The notes beneath the pieces are model-generated. The model had not been told where the DNA came from, ran no database searches, and worked only from the letters and a program-made list of their open reading frames with translations. From positions 5,541-69,540 of the forward strand of contig JAHDYR010000047.1 of the NCBI GenBank assembly GCA_019828565.1: a DNA stretch of 64,000 nt, in the 5' to 3' direction. A program made the translations under genes and the position numbers. The DNA is from Carpediemonas membranifera BICM. Its lineage: Eukaryota; Protista; Fornicata. Below are positions 29,637 through 40,300 of this stretch, one piece after another; position 1 is the stretch's first letter, and every line of letters starts with the position of its first letter.

Positions 29637-31757
29637 ATGAAGGTCTGGATTAGTAATTTGGATACCCTTGCTGGCAGAGCGCTTACCCGCTCGTTTTTCT
29701 TCATCGGGGCCGAAGTTGCTGGCACAATTCTTAACGAAGATGACCGTTCACTGATCGACGAACGCGTGCAGGAAATTTACGAGCCTTCTGACGACGATGA
29801 CTTCCTTGCAAGAGTTATTGATTGCTCTGTGATCATCTCCTCGCTCCACGACCCTGAAAGAGCCGTCTCCCTTGCAGAACACATCGCAGAGTTTGCCCCA
29901 GACAAAATACTCATCACTCTGTCGACAATCATGACGTGGGCCAACACACAGCCCTACGAGCAGCCAGTGAAGGACGCGCTCGACGAGGAGGAAGAGGAGG
30001 AACCCGAGGAAGAAGACGAGGAGGAAGAAGGCACGCCCAAGGAAGAAAAGAAGCCCGTTCTCGGCATATCTGAGGATCACTACCTCGACAGGAAGCCCCA
30101 CCCCGCGTACACTGCGCACCTCTCAGCCGAGCGCCGCATAGCCCGCAAGTACAGGGACGGTCTCCCCGGATTCATCGTCGCATCGGGCATACTCTACGGC
30201 GCTGGCGAGGACTCTCTCCACAGCATGTTCAAAGCAGCCTGGGAGGGCGGCGTGGTGTCAGTTGCCACCCCCTCTGACCGCATCCTGCCACTTATTCATT
30301 CCACTGACTTTGCCAACACCGTGGTTGCAGCCACTCGGGACCCCCCCGAAGGCCACTACATCCTTGCTACCGACACGAAGCTGTACACTGCCAGGGCTGT
30401 GGCTGATGCAATCGTCGACCGTCTGGGCGTGGGCTCGGCTGTCGAGGAGGTTCCCATGGACGCCGCCCTCGTCGCCGGGATGCCGCTCCCCCTCTCAGTT
30501 GACATCAACGTCTTCCCCGGCTTCGTCAACGAGCTCAACATCCCCCGAGTCGCACCCGAGGGCTTCGTTCCCGCGATTAACACCGCAGCGGACGAATACC
30601 TCCACTGCCGCGGCCTGGAGCCCCTGTGTGTTTACATCACTGGCCAGCCCGGCATCGGAAAGACCACCACAGCTGAGATGGTTGCTACTGAGTATGGCCT
30701 GACGCACCTTAACCTGCCCACCATCCTTGCACAGGTGTCCGAGAGAGCAGACAAGGTGGGGGTTCAAACCAAGGCCCTGCTCGACCAGAAGAAGCGCATA
30801 CCCGCGGAGCAGCTGGCAGTGATTGTGCGTCACTACATGGTCCATACGCCCGCCGTCGTCGAGCGGGGTTACGTGCTCGACGGCTACCCGAAGACTGCTG
30901 CTGAGGCCAAGGCACTGTTTACTGTGCCCCATAACACTGTTAGCCTGGACGCTGGCGAGCAAAGGGCATGGGAGGAAGAACAGGAGGCCCTTCGCGAGGA
31001 GGAGGTGGAGGAAGAAGAAGAAGAAGACGAGGACGAAGACAAGGAGCCGAGCGACCTCAACGGCGCTGCTATGGCTGTCTCCGCACGCACGAAGAAGTGC
31101 GTAGCCCTTCCTACCATCGCCATCAAGCTCATTGCTGCCCCTGATGTCGCCAAGAACCGCGTGATGAGCATCCCCAAGAAGGACACTGTCGGTACTCACC
31201 ACAACGAAAAGGATCACGGTCGCAGAACGACGCTTTATGCCGACAACTGCGGGCCCTCAGACGGGACGGAGGCTAAAGGCCCCCTGGCCGCTGTAGCTGA
31301 GCTCGGTAGCCGGTTTGTGTGCATTGACGCCTCGAACGAGGACCCCGAGGTTGTCGCTAAGGCGATGGTGGACGCTATCGGTGTCGCGCATGTTTACCAG
31401 CCGACCAGGGCCGAGCTCGAGGCGAAGGAGCGGGAGGAGGAGGCCAAGCGGCAGGCAGCACGGGAAGCTGACGAAAAGGCCGCTGCTGAAGAGCAAGCGC
31501 GGTTCGAGCAAGAGATTGAAGAGGCTCGCCGCAGCAACGCCGTCCGTCGGGACAAGATTATCGAGGCCGAGCAGGCCGAGCTCGAAGCTTGTGCAACCCC
31601 ACTCATTCAATATCTCGACAACACCGTGATGAACATTGTCACAGAGGGCTTGAAGCAGGTAGCGGCCGAGCGGCCCGAGAACCCCATCCGCGCACTCGGT
31701 GAGTATCTGTTCCGACACGTACCCACGGGAAACGGGTACCCCGACGAGGAGATGTAA
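29637..31757 (+). CDS. AK7: Adenylate kinase 7 (flagellar) with Dpy-30 motif
   Basis: NAD-binding-like N-terminus (STIMTWA, GILYGAGE), P-loop GQPGIGKT, GYVLDGYPKT, C-terminal YL..V...TEGL....RPENPI. Confidence 0.88.
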   Translation: MKVWISNLDTLAGRALTRSFFFIGAEVAGTILNEDDRSLIDERVQEIYEPSDDDDFLARVIDCSVIISSLHDPERAVSLAEHIAEFAPDKILITLSTIMTWANTQPYEQPVKDALDEEEEEEPEEEDEEEEGTPKEEKKPVLGISEDHYLDRKPHPAYTAHLSAERRIARKYRDGLPGFIVASGILYGAGEDSLHSMFKAAWEGGVVSVATPSDRILPLIHSTDFANTVVAATRDPPEGHYILATDTKLYTARAVADAIVDRLGVGSAVEEVPMDAALVAGMPLPLSVDINVFPGFVNELNIPRVAPEGFVPAINTAADEYLHCRGLEPLCVYITGQPGIGKTTTAEMVATEYGLTHLNLPTILAQVSERADKVGVQTKALLDQKKRIPAEQLAVIVRHYMVHTPAVVERGYVLDGYPKTAAEAKALFTVPHNTVSLDAGEQRAWEEEQEALREEEVEEEEEEDEDEDKEPSDLNGAAMAVSARTKKCVALPTIAIKLIAAPDVAKNRVMSIPKKDTVGTHHNEKDHGRRTTLYADNCGPSDGTEAKGPLAAVAELGSRFVCIDASNEDPEVVAKAMVDAIGVAHVYQPTRAELEAKEREEEAKRQAAREADEKAAAEEQARFEQEIEEARRSNAVRRDKIIEAEQAELEACATPLIQYLDNTVMNIVTEGLKQVAAERPENPIRALGEYLFRHVPTGNGYPDEEM

Positions 31758-32544
31758 AGCTAGGATCATGGGGTGATGGCACTGCTATGGTGGAGCTTGA
31801 TGATGACCCGGTGGGAGTCATGCTGTGTGGCATCTGACGATGTCATCATTGAGCCAGATGCGACAAAACTGAAGCTTTCAAGAGGTGAAAAGACATGGAT
31901 AATGAAGAATTGCAAGGCACCACTTTACTGTCTGCGTCATCCTCATTCATCATTTGGCTCTCTATTCAGCAGGTTCCTCGGGTGGCATCACAATAGAAAC
32001 ATCATTTTTCTTACCACCGCCAACACCAGTGCCTCCGTTAGCGTTTCCCATTGCTTCTTGTTTAAACGTGGATTGAAAGTGAGTTTCTTGCAAGAAAAAA
32101 AAATTGAGGTCACATCTGATCAGAAAAATCTCATGGTAACGATCTACCAGCTACCTTCCCAGCCAGACTACTAGTTCTTGGTCCCTGCTTCTGAAGGTAC
32201 GTTAGAGTGGTCCGATCGTCTGACCCGATCTTATCATTCTTGGCTGTGCCGCGCTGCATGTTTTGCTCCCTCAACTCGGATGGCGTGAGGGTTGTATCAT
32301 ATATATATGTATATAGGCGTGCTTCAGGCCGGCCATCTTACCCGATGATGCAATGGCAGTCAGAGGCTCCACCTGCTGTCTCAGAGGGTAGGGGGTATCG
32401 GCATCAGAAACAAGTGGTTCGCGGAGATTAATTGGGATGAGATGCTGTGGTGTAGTGCAGCAGCTTAACAAATGTCTAGGTCTCTCCCGTGTGTGGACGG
32501 CGAGGCTCATTAACGAGAGAAATGGATTGGTGATTGCCCATCTG

Positions 32545-32600
32545 CCACAGGAAACGGGGATCCTGATGAGGAGATGTAAAGCCAGGGTCATGAGGTGATG
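32545..32600 (+). pseudogene. Diverged duplicate of the AK7 3' end
   Basis: 48/56 identical to 31723-31778 (PTGNG[Y/D]PDEEM*). Confidence 0.75.
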
Positions 32601-32630
32601 ACTTCATGGAGCCGCTGTGAGCTGGTCATA

Positions 32631-32920
32631 GCACTGGCCTTCTTGGTTCTGTATCTTGAGAATAGTAATGCAACGATCTTGGAGCTTTCAGGAGAAAGGC
32701 GCGAATAGTGATGAATTACAAAGGTCTACTTTACTTCCTACGCACTGAATCCTCATTCATTCATCATCTTTCAGATTTAGAGTGAGCCTTCATCAGGGGT
32801 CTCTTCATTTTCGCTATGATCCAGTATAGAACCCGGCGTTCCAGTAGGAATGCCGGAACCACCGGTATTTCCAGAGTTTCCCATCGTTTTCTTCGATTGT
32901 GCAGGATAGCAATCTCGATC
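32631..32920 (-). repeat. Dispersed repeat X, second copy
   Basis: Reverse complement of 8056-8354. Confidence 0.9.
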
Positions 32921-32921
32921 T

Positions 32922-32964
32922 TGTGCTATTGAAGGGTCAAACAATGTGTTTATACTGCGCAACA
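32922..32964 (+). repeat. Orphan Fanzor 3'-terminal motif
   Basis: Identical to 8596-8638 (minus strand). Confidence 0.85.
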
Positions 32965-33169
32965 CTGCCCTGTCTCCCTCCTACTCACGTCTTAAGTCGG
33001 TAGGGAGATCGTATTCTCCAGGGCTTCCACAAAGCGTCTTCTTCGTGGACGTCAGCACAGCTGCAAACATCACAATCGCTCACACGTCATCTCATTGTCT
33101 TCTATTCCACATTAAATTCACTTCTACACTTGTATAGGCTGGTAATGGTGTTCATCGTCGGCTCTATAT

Positions 33170-34455
33170 GTGTGCGTCTGGGCAATTGCAGACGGAGTGG
33201 AGACGTTGAGTGGCCTCATCAGCCACTTCAACGGGGAGTACTCGATGTCGCTCCGCCAGCCTCGCCTCGTGCCGATCGTGCCCATGGCCCCCGTCCGACC
33301 GGGCTTCATGGCCTACGGTGAAACGATGGGCCAACTGAACGAGAACTTCTGCCATCGTGTGGGAATTAATCCCACACTCCCACACGCCACCAAACCGTTG
33401 ACAGAAGAGCAGGAGGAACAATACCAGAACAACCCAAGGTCAATGGGCCGTCTGCTCAGCCTGAGTACTGATGGGGTCTGTGTGGCGGTGACGGTTAAGC
33501 GAGGCGGCCGCTATCGGCCACAACATGATGCGAGCATGCCTGTTCGAAAGCGAGCGAAATGGCGGGAGAAAGAGCGCCCCCGACTCGGGACCAATAATGC
33601 CGAGGCTCCGCCCGCGCCGGATCCTGATGCCCACCTCATGGGGTTCGACCCGGGCGCGAGGTCCATCGGAGGGTATTACATCAGGCACCCCGATGGCACC
33701 ACCAGCTCCGGCGTCCTTCCAAAGTGCGGATACACTAAGACGCCAAGTTTCGGCTTTGATATGACGGCCGCGTCGTTCAAGAGCACAAGACTAGTGAGTA
33801 TCAACAACTCTATTAGGTTTGTGCTGGACAACGCGAACGACATTTTCGAGGCTGGAATGCGTAAGTCTTTCCGCCGAGTGCGCTTTGCGAACCACATCCT
33901 TCGCCAGAAGCACTTCGCCCTCTGCGGCCAACAGTTGGCTCGGGAGTTCGGTTGGCGTGGCCACCATCCCATCGCCCCCCCCATTCGCCTGAAAGTCTTC
34001 TACGGGAGCTCGGGATTCACCGCGCCTGCTGGTATGTTCATTCCTTGCGCGCCATATCGAAAGTTTGCGAGAGAGATAGTTCCCCTTCTCAAGAGGTATA
34101 GCATTGTCGTCGATCTTAACATGGTTAACGAGGATCGCACCACCGTCGTCTGCCCTCACTGCCACGCCCCCTACAAGCGAGTTCGTCCGCGTGATGACCA
34201 GCACGTTCACCCACATCGTGTGATGCTCTGCGAAAATCCACAGTGCCGTGGTGCTCAGTGGCGCGCAACAGTTCCTGATGCTCTGAATGTTGATCATCGG
34301 GACAAGAGTGCTGCAGAGACATCCTGTGGCGTTCTCTTGCCACGGAAGATGAGCTCAGTGGCTCTCCGTTCAGTCGCACATCGATCCCGCGCCTTCCAAC
34401 ATCATTCCAGTATCATCAATTGGCTAACCGCCAACATTCGTCTACGGACGGATGA
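33170..34455 (+). pseudogene. Fanzor1 copy 2 (5'-truncated, 1-nt deletion near 34319)
   Basis: LVPIVPMAPVRPGFM, STDGVCV, MGFDPGARS, VFYGSSGF, VNEDRTTVVCPHC, CENPQC, HRDKSAAE. Adding one base gives ENILW..SPF as in copy 1, with a stop at 34455. Confidence 0.85.
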
Positions 34456-34555
34456 TGTTGTACAGTTTGGCACTTTGATCGTTCCTTTTAGGCCCTGTCT
34501 GGGAGGTTCGAACAATGTGTTTATACTGCGCAACAGATCTGGGACCGTTGGCTGG
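34400..34555 (+). ncRNA. Putative omega-RNA of Fanzor copy 2
   Basis: Stem CATTCGTC-TACG-GACGGATG (cUACGg tetraloop, 34435-34454); TGTTGTACAGT/ACTGCGCAACA pairing; conserved end at 34535. Confidence 0.5.
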
Positions 34556-34716
34556 GACAACTACCTTCAGCGAGGGCAACCGCCACGTCAAAGATGAGGA
34601 GCTTGGCACTCCAGGCGGTAGTGCTGTCGCCGTATCGCGCGCCATGGACAAATACTCTGACTGGCTGTCTGCCAGCCAACACTAAACGAGCTCTTTAAAT
34701 CCGCTAACTAATCCGC

Positions 34717-36009
34717 TCACTTGAATGCCGGCACGTCCAGCGTAGACTTCTGCGCATCGCCCTGCCGCTGTTGCATGTACGCCGTGATCTCGTTGTTGTA
34801 CATTGGAGTGACAAACGAGGCCGCTCTCTCCATCACAGGCAACATGGTGGTGGTGACAGGTGCCTCATTGGTGGCGGAGACCGAGAGAAGCCGGTCGTAC
34901 TGGACGTGGAAGTGGGAGATGTTCTCGGGGGCGAAGAGGTTGTACGGAGGGAACTCGGTGAGCGAAAGCATGCCGGAGACGGAAATGCCGGGTGCCACCA
35001 TGCGAGTCAGGTTGAAGCAGGCGATCTGCGCAGTTTTGCGCTTGAAACGACGGAGGACCTTATGCATGACCTTCTCTTTCACTCCAGTTGCCTTGTGGTG
35101 TTGCCTCAGACGCTGCACAGTGACCATGCCGGCGTCGAGCAGTTTAGCCTCCAACGCCTCACAGACTTCCTGGCCGAGGTGCATGGGGATGTCGGGCCGG
35201 TTGGCAGTCAGCAGGAGGAGGGAGAAGCCGAGCAGGTTGGGCAGGCTGAAGAGGAATCGGCCTCTAGGATCGTCGTCCAGGCGCTGAAGGTTTGCGTGGA
35301 TAGAGAGCTCGTCATTCCAAGCAAGTCTGAGGTCGAGGACCTTGAGGTACGTCTTGACTAGCTCTACGCGGCTGTCCTGGTTCCTTCCGACGGCCCTGCC
35401 CATCCGGTCCATTGGGAGTTGGACGTCAGACTTGCCACGGTTCGCACGGTCGGTTTCTACAATCTGCATGTAGGCCACAGCGTTCTTGAGGTATATCTCG
35501 CGGTGGATGTTGCAGAAAAGAGAGTATCCGAGAAGGGCGGCGGCGACGGACCTACCGACGTCAGACCGAGAGAAACCGACGCCAAATTTGCTAGTGGTCA
35601 TGTCGTCGGTGAGGGAGAGAAGCTTAAGCATGTTTGGATTGAGATTATCGTTGCCAACGGACGAGTCGACGGAGGGTAGGAAAGAGTGTTGCATTGAAAC
35701 ATCGTCGTCTTGTTCGTCCGCCTCCATTGGATAATCCTCTTCCATTGCATCATCTTCGTACTGAGGAACAGGTACATGTTCATCTAAATCGGCACCTGCG
35801 CTTGCACTTGGTAGAATCGAAAGATCGACGGGGTTGAGAGCATCCTGCTCCATGTCCTCATCCTCCTCCATCGCATTCTCACTCTTCCATGTTCCCGAAG
35901 CATATTCTGGCGGTACTATGATGCAATCGCTCGGATCGGGGTCCATAGGCGCCGTCGTCTTTTGGTCGCGACTCTGAACAGTCGAGGCGACGACAGCCGA
36001 AGATTCCAC
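34717..36009 (-). CDS. Hypothetical protein with acidic N-terminus
   Basis: Long ORF; start codon uncertain. Confidence 0.65.
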   Translation of the reverse strand: MESSAVVASTVQSRDQKTTAPMDPDPSDCIIVPPEYASGTWKSENAMEEDEDMEQDALNPVDLSILPSASAGADLDEHVPVPQYEDDAMEEDYPMEADEQDDDVSMQHSFLPSVDSSVGNDNLNPNMLKLLSLTDDMTTSKFGVGFSRSDVGRSVAAALLGYSLFCNIHREIYLKNAVAYMQIVETDRANRGKSDVQLPMDRMGRAVGRNQDSRVELVKTYLKVLDLRLAWNDELSIHANLQRLDDDPRGRFLFSLPNLLGFSLLLLTANRPDIPMHLGQEVCEALEAKLLDAGMVTVQRLRQHHKATGVKEKVMHKVLRRFKRKTAQIACFNLTRMVAPGISVSGMLSLTEFPPYNLFAPENISHFHVQYDRLLSVSATNEAPVTTTMLPVMERAASFVTPMYNNEITAYMQQRQGDAQKSTLDVPAFK

Positions 36010-36227
36010 AAAACTGAAGATAGCGGAACGCTCATGAGGAATTTAGAGGGTAGCTAGACACCCGCGCATCTTTTCAAAAATTTTTGGATCGAAATTCCAT
36101 CAGGATGCGGATGATAATGAGCCCATCATTCGAGTTTAATTATTTATGGGAGATAACGGCTAGTAAAAATAAGGAATATGTACACAGGTAACTGGCGTAC
36201 CGCACGCCTAGGCGTTTTGGGCGGAAA

Positions 36228-36941
36228 CTACAGCCTACGGCGCTGGATCATCGCCTCCGCCATCGTGCGACTTCTACTAATCAAATGATCCTTCTTACAC
36301 GCAGCCTCGAGACTAGTTCTCATCGGGCTATCCAAGGCGAACCTTTTGGACGGGCTTGAGTCCATCCCCAGGAATGAACCGAGCCCCATGAGTGGCGTCG
36401 GCTGGGAAGCAGGCCGGGGGTGTGTAGGCAGACTTGCGGGCGCTGAGGAGGTAGTACAGGGCTGAGAGAAGGTTGGGAGCTCGGATGGGCCCCAGCCGCA
36501 GTCAGGGAGGCCTGAGGCAGCGATGGCTTGGCGAGTGTGGAGCTCGAAGAGTGCTTCACGGGCAGCTTCAGCGGCCTTATGGGAAGAGCAGTAGCTACTA
36601 GTGGGTATGGGCTTCATACTTGGCGGAGAAACCGACTTGGCCCGCTTCAGAGGGGGTCTTGTCTTGTCTCTCATACTCTTGTCAGCACCATGCTTGGGGG
36701 CACGCCGCAGCATACCATCGATCCTGAGCTGCTTCCTAACTACCTGCTTTGGGGTGTAATCGGCAGCTATCTCGCTCATGAGATCTGTGGAGCTCGGTCC
36801 AGAAGTCCGTGCTTCTTTTGCCGCCTTCTGGGCTCTGAGAACGCGAACCTTCCGCTCTAGGTTGCTTATTTTCTGTTCTCCTAAGGTTTGGTTCGGTGCG
36901 TTCTCGTCCTGAGCGATCGGTTTGGACTTGAGGACTTCCAT
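36228..36941 (-). CDS. Hypothetical basic, Ser/Pro-rich protein
   Basis: ORF from MEVLK. Confidence 0.6.
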   Translation of the reverse strand: MEVLKSKPIAQDENAPNQTLGEQKISNLERKVRVLRAQKAAKEARTSGPSSTDLMSEIAADYTPKQVVRKQLRIDGMLRRAPKHGADKSMRDKTRPPLKRAKSVSPPSMKPIPTSSYCSSHKAAEAAREALFELHTRQAIAASGLPDCGWGPSELPTFSQPCTTSSAPASLPTHPRPASQPTPLMGLGSFLGMDSSPSKRFALDSPMRTSLEAACKKDHLISRSRTMAEAMIQRRRL

Positions 36942-37241
36942 CGTGTGCCAAAAACCACCGAAATTCTTGAAGCGGCTCAGCAAAATTGCTGACGATATTT
37001 CCCAAATCCAGTCTGTTATCGGCCTCATACAGCCATCGTCCACGAGATCTCCCCTCTCTCAGTGGTCAGCGACCCTTTAGGTCGAACCACCCCCACGCGC
37101 TGCCGACCCTGGATCGTTACGCCAACGACATGCCCGCAGGCCCCCACACAATCCTCTGTTATACTCGCGGATATGCCAGGCAATCATGCATGACTCGCTG
37201 GCGACTCGCACCCTTGTGTTTTGGACGGCGCGCGAACGAAG

Positions 37242-39974
37242 ATGCCTATCAAGGACGGCAAGGACGTTCCGTTAGCACCAAAGCCAGTGAACTTGAAGGT
37301 AGGAGAGAATGTTTACATCATGCCAGAGACCAACGAGGTCTTCAGGACGTATTCCGAGTACATTGCTCGGCGAGACATGTATTTCGACACCGTTTTCATG
37401 TGCAAATACACTAGGAAGAACGGAATGACGTACCCCGAGGCCTACGAGTCGGAGCGGAACTTTGCCAGGAAGGTATCATCCATGCCGAAGCCCGTTTTGA
37501 GAGAAATCTGCAAGAAGGCCCATCTATCCACGCTGAGCACGCAGGACCTCGTCACAGACATCACGACGCACCTCTCCACGTGCCTATACGAGCACCAGCT
37601 GGCCTACGTCTTCGTCCCTGGCGAGAAGGGCCCCGTTGCACTGCCATGCACGGTCACCACTCCCGGCTTGACCCGCAAGGCTTCCAAGACAGTCAAGCTG
37701 ACCCCTGAAACAGACCCCAACAAGCGCGCTCGGGTCGAAACTCTGGCTAAGAAGCGCCTCTCCAAGACTAAGACTCAACCGACAGTCGAGCCGGCCCCGA
37801 CGGTCGAGTTCGAGGTGACTAGAGACAAGGTGTTCATTGACGAGCACGCAGCAGAGACTAAGGAGCACATCAGAGGCGTGCTGCGTCTTGTTACCCGCAA
37901 GACTGATGCCAAGACCGCTGGCGTCGTTGTCCCGCGCTATCGACGCCTATTCGACCTCCCTGAGCCACCCAAGGTCCTCCCAGCCATCGTTACTAAGCCC
38001 CGCAAGGCACGCCAGCAGACTCTCGAGGCTGCCCTGTTCGGCGCTCAGGCCAAGCTCGCTCGCAGCGGCGACGGCAGCAAGACGAGCGCTCCGAAGACCG
38101 ACAGCACCTATCCCATGCCTGACGAGCTGCTCGAAGACAAGGACAAGACCCTGGACCGCACCCAGTGGGTCAAAGACATGGTCTCACCAGACCTGAAGCT
38201 CAGCGGGGCAGACGTTAGCGCGCTGATGACGGTTGCCGACTTTGTAGCGAACTTTGGCAGCAGGATCAGGTTCAGAGCGTCAGAGTTGGATGATCTCGTC
38301 AAAACTCTCACATTCACCCCCTCGACCGGCCAGCTGTTCAACGACCAGGTGAGCCCAGACCTCTACGGCATCGTCACGGGCGTCACCAGCCTCATGCTCA
38401 ACGAGGGCGAGTTCTTTGACGACCCCGACTCGGATGTGGAGTCGACCATGCCTCACAAGCGGGTCAAGGTCGAGAGGGACAACAAGGACGACGAGGAGGA
38501 GGAGGAGGATGGTGATGATGAAGAAGAAGAGGACGACGATGAGGTCGATGAGACGGACTCTGACGCCCCTGCTGCCCGGCCGCCGCCCAGGAAGAGCACC
38601 CGCCTCGCATCTCTTACACGGTTCGCTAACGAGCACATTGCCGAGCTTTATGCCCCCCGTGCCCGCCGTTCCGCAGCGCAGGCCGCCTCCCTTAAGATGC
38701 AGGGAACGATTGCCGACGATGACGGCGGAGACGAGTACCAATTCAGCGACCAGTCTGAGGAGAGTGCATCTGACACACTCTTGGAGGACGAGCTGGCCCC
38801 CTACCTGCGGAGATCAACACGGCTCAAGACGGCGAAGCAAGTGGAGAGCGAGAGCGAAGAGGAAGAGGAAGAGGAGGACGAAGAAGTCAAGCCCAAGGCG
38901 GAGAAGCACCGCCCACGACCACTGGCGGGTACGCTGAAGTTTAGACAAGAGTTCGGGTCGAGCGATATTGATTGGATCACAACCTGGTGGGAGTATCTCT
39001 CGGAGATTGAGCAATCTCAGGGTCTGCTCGATGATGATCTCCAGTGGCTCAAGGAAACAATCATATTCATGACCGCTTGCCAGAAACGGAAGTCCCGTGA
39101 CCGTGATAACAACCCGATGTTCATTGCCACACGTCTCGTTGACTTGCCGATGTCTGACCGACTCAAGCTGATTAAGGTGCTTGTCAATGAGATGAGTCTG
39201 ACTGAGAATGTCAGGACAATGCTCAAGGACGTCCAGGACGACGTTGAGCGTCTCAAGAAGGCTCTACACAGTGTCAAGCTCTCCAAACGGAAGCGCGTTA
39301 AGGAGCTGACCGCCGGCGAGGATTCACAGAGCGCGCGTGAGAAGACCGCGCTACTCTCCCAACTTGAGGATATTGACAAGCAGATGGGCAGTCTCCAAGC
39401 CCGCATTGACGCGGGCCAGGGAAGCGAGTCGATGGTGACCCGCCTGGGGCGTCTTGAGACCAAGAAGCTCAGGGTTAATGAAGATCTGCAGAACGTCATC
39501 TCCAAGGCCGCTAAGCGCGCTGAGAAGGTCGAGGCCGAGCTTGAGCGAGAGGAAGAGAGTCTCGCTGCCCAACTCAAACGTGCTGTGAGTCGCAGCACAT
39601 CACACTTGGGCCAGGACCGCAGGTTCGGGTCATACTGGCTCTCGCCCCTCGTGCCCGGCGCCCTCCTCACCATGAACGCCGAGCTTGAATGGGGTGTGGT
39701 GGATGTGGCCGACCTTTTGGCGTACTGCGACGAGCGGGGGCGTCGTGAGCTCAGCTTGAAGCGGCATGTCGAGAAGCATAGGGAAAGCATCGAGCTCTCT
39801 TCGCCGGCTGGTGTGGCTGGTGAGTTTGGGTTGAAGCTGAGGGTGCGGCGGCCTGATGCTCGTACGCTCGCCCCTCCCGCAGAGAAGCCCCAGGAAGAAG
39901 AGGGGAGTGACATTGAGAACGAGAAGGGCGCCGGAGAGAAGGAGGAGAGCCAGGGTGATGTTGATATGGAGTAA
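37242..39974 (+). CDS. ACF1/BAZ1A/Itc1-like ISWI subunit (WAC, DDT, WHIM/WSD)
   Basis: VYIMPETNEVFRTYSEY..FMCKYTRKNGMTYPEAYESE (WAC); LMTVADFVANFG (DDT); LGQDRRFGSYW, DERGRRELSL. Confidence 0.85.
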   Translation: MPIKDGKDVPLAPKPVNLKVGENVYIMPETNEVFRTYSEYIARRDMYFDTVFMCKYTRKNGMTYPEAYESERNFARKVSSMPKPVLREICKKAHLSTLSTQDLVTDITTHLSTCLYEHQLAYVFVPGEKGPVALPCTVTTPGLTRKASKTVKLTPETDPNKRARVETLAKKRLSKTKTQPTVEPAPTVEFEVTRDKVFIDEHAAETKEHIRGVLRLVTRKTDAKTAGVVVPRYRRLFDLPEPPKVLPAIVTKPRKARQQTLEAALFGAQAKLARSGDGSKTSAPKTDSTYPMPDELLEDKDKTLDRTQWVKDMVSPDLKLSGADVSALMTVADFVANFGSRIRFRASELDDLVKTLTFTPSTGQLFNDQVSPDLYGIVTGVTSLMLNEGEFFDDPDSDVESTMPHKRVKVERDNKDDEEEEEDGDDEEEEDDDEVDETDSDAPAARPPPRKSTRLASLTRFANEHIAELYAPRARRSAAQAASLKMQGTIADDDGGDEYQFSDQSEESASDTLLEDELAPYLRRSTRLKTAKQVESESEEEEEEEDEEVKPKAEKHRPRPLAGTLKFRQEFGSSDIDWITTWWEYLSEIEQSQGLLDDDLQWLKETIIFMTACQKRKSRDRDNNPMFIATRLVDLPMSDRLKLIKVLVNEMSLTENVRTMLKDVQDDVERLKKALHSVKLSKRKRVKELTAGEDSQSAREKTALLSQLEDIDKQMGSLQARIDAGQGSESMVTRLGRLETKKLRVNEDLQNVISKAAKRAEKVEAELEREEESLAAQLKRAVSRSTSHLGQDRRFGSYWLSPLVPGALLTMNAELEWGVVDVADLLAYCDERGRRELSLKRHVEKHRESIELSSPAGVAGEFGLKLRVRRPDARTLAPPAEKPQEEEGSDIENEKGAGEKEESQGDVDME

Positions 39975-40300
39975 AGCACGGTTTAACCAAGTTTGTTTGG
40001 GGGGTGTCCTACTGCAGCCGAGTTGCTTGGCAGAAAACGACACCTGTGTCACCGCGGTAACAACTGGTCTGTGCCCTTTGAGGCCACCGCATGCGGCGTA
40101 GTAAGGCCAAATGACCGTACAATTCTCTCATTCCGCTACTCAACCGGCTTATGGCGTATTATCGTAAGCGTGCAGTCGAATGGGAATCGTGGATGATTCC
40201 CGATCATGAAAGGCCGATGGCTCGAAACGTGCATGAAATCATCCCTAGTCGGCCATGATCGCCCATGAGGGAGCTCGGTTTAACCGATTTTTTAAATGAA

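Noticed and set aside
34456-34535. Solo LTR (TGTTG...CAACA)
   Set aside because: No TSD, and the end matches the Fanzor copy 1 terminus; better explained as the Fanzor 3' end.
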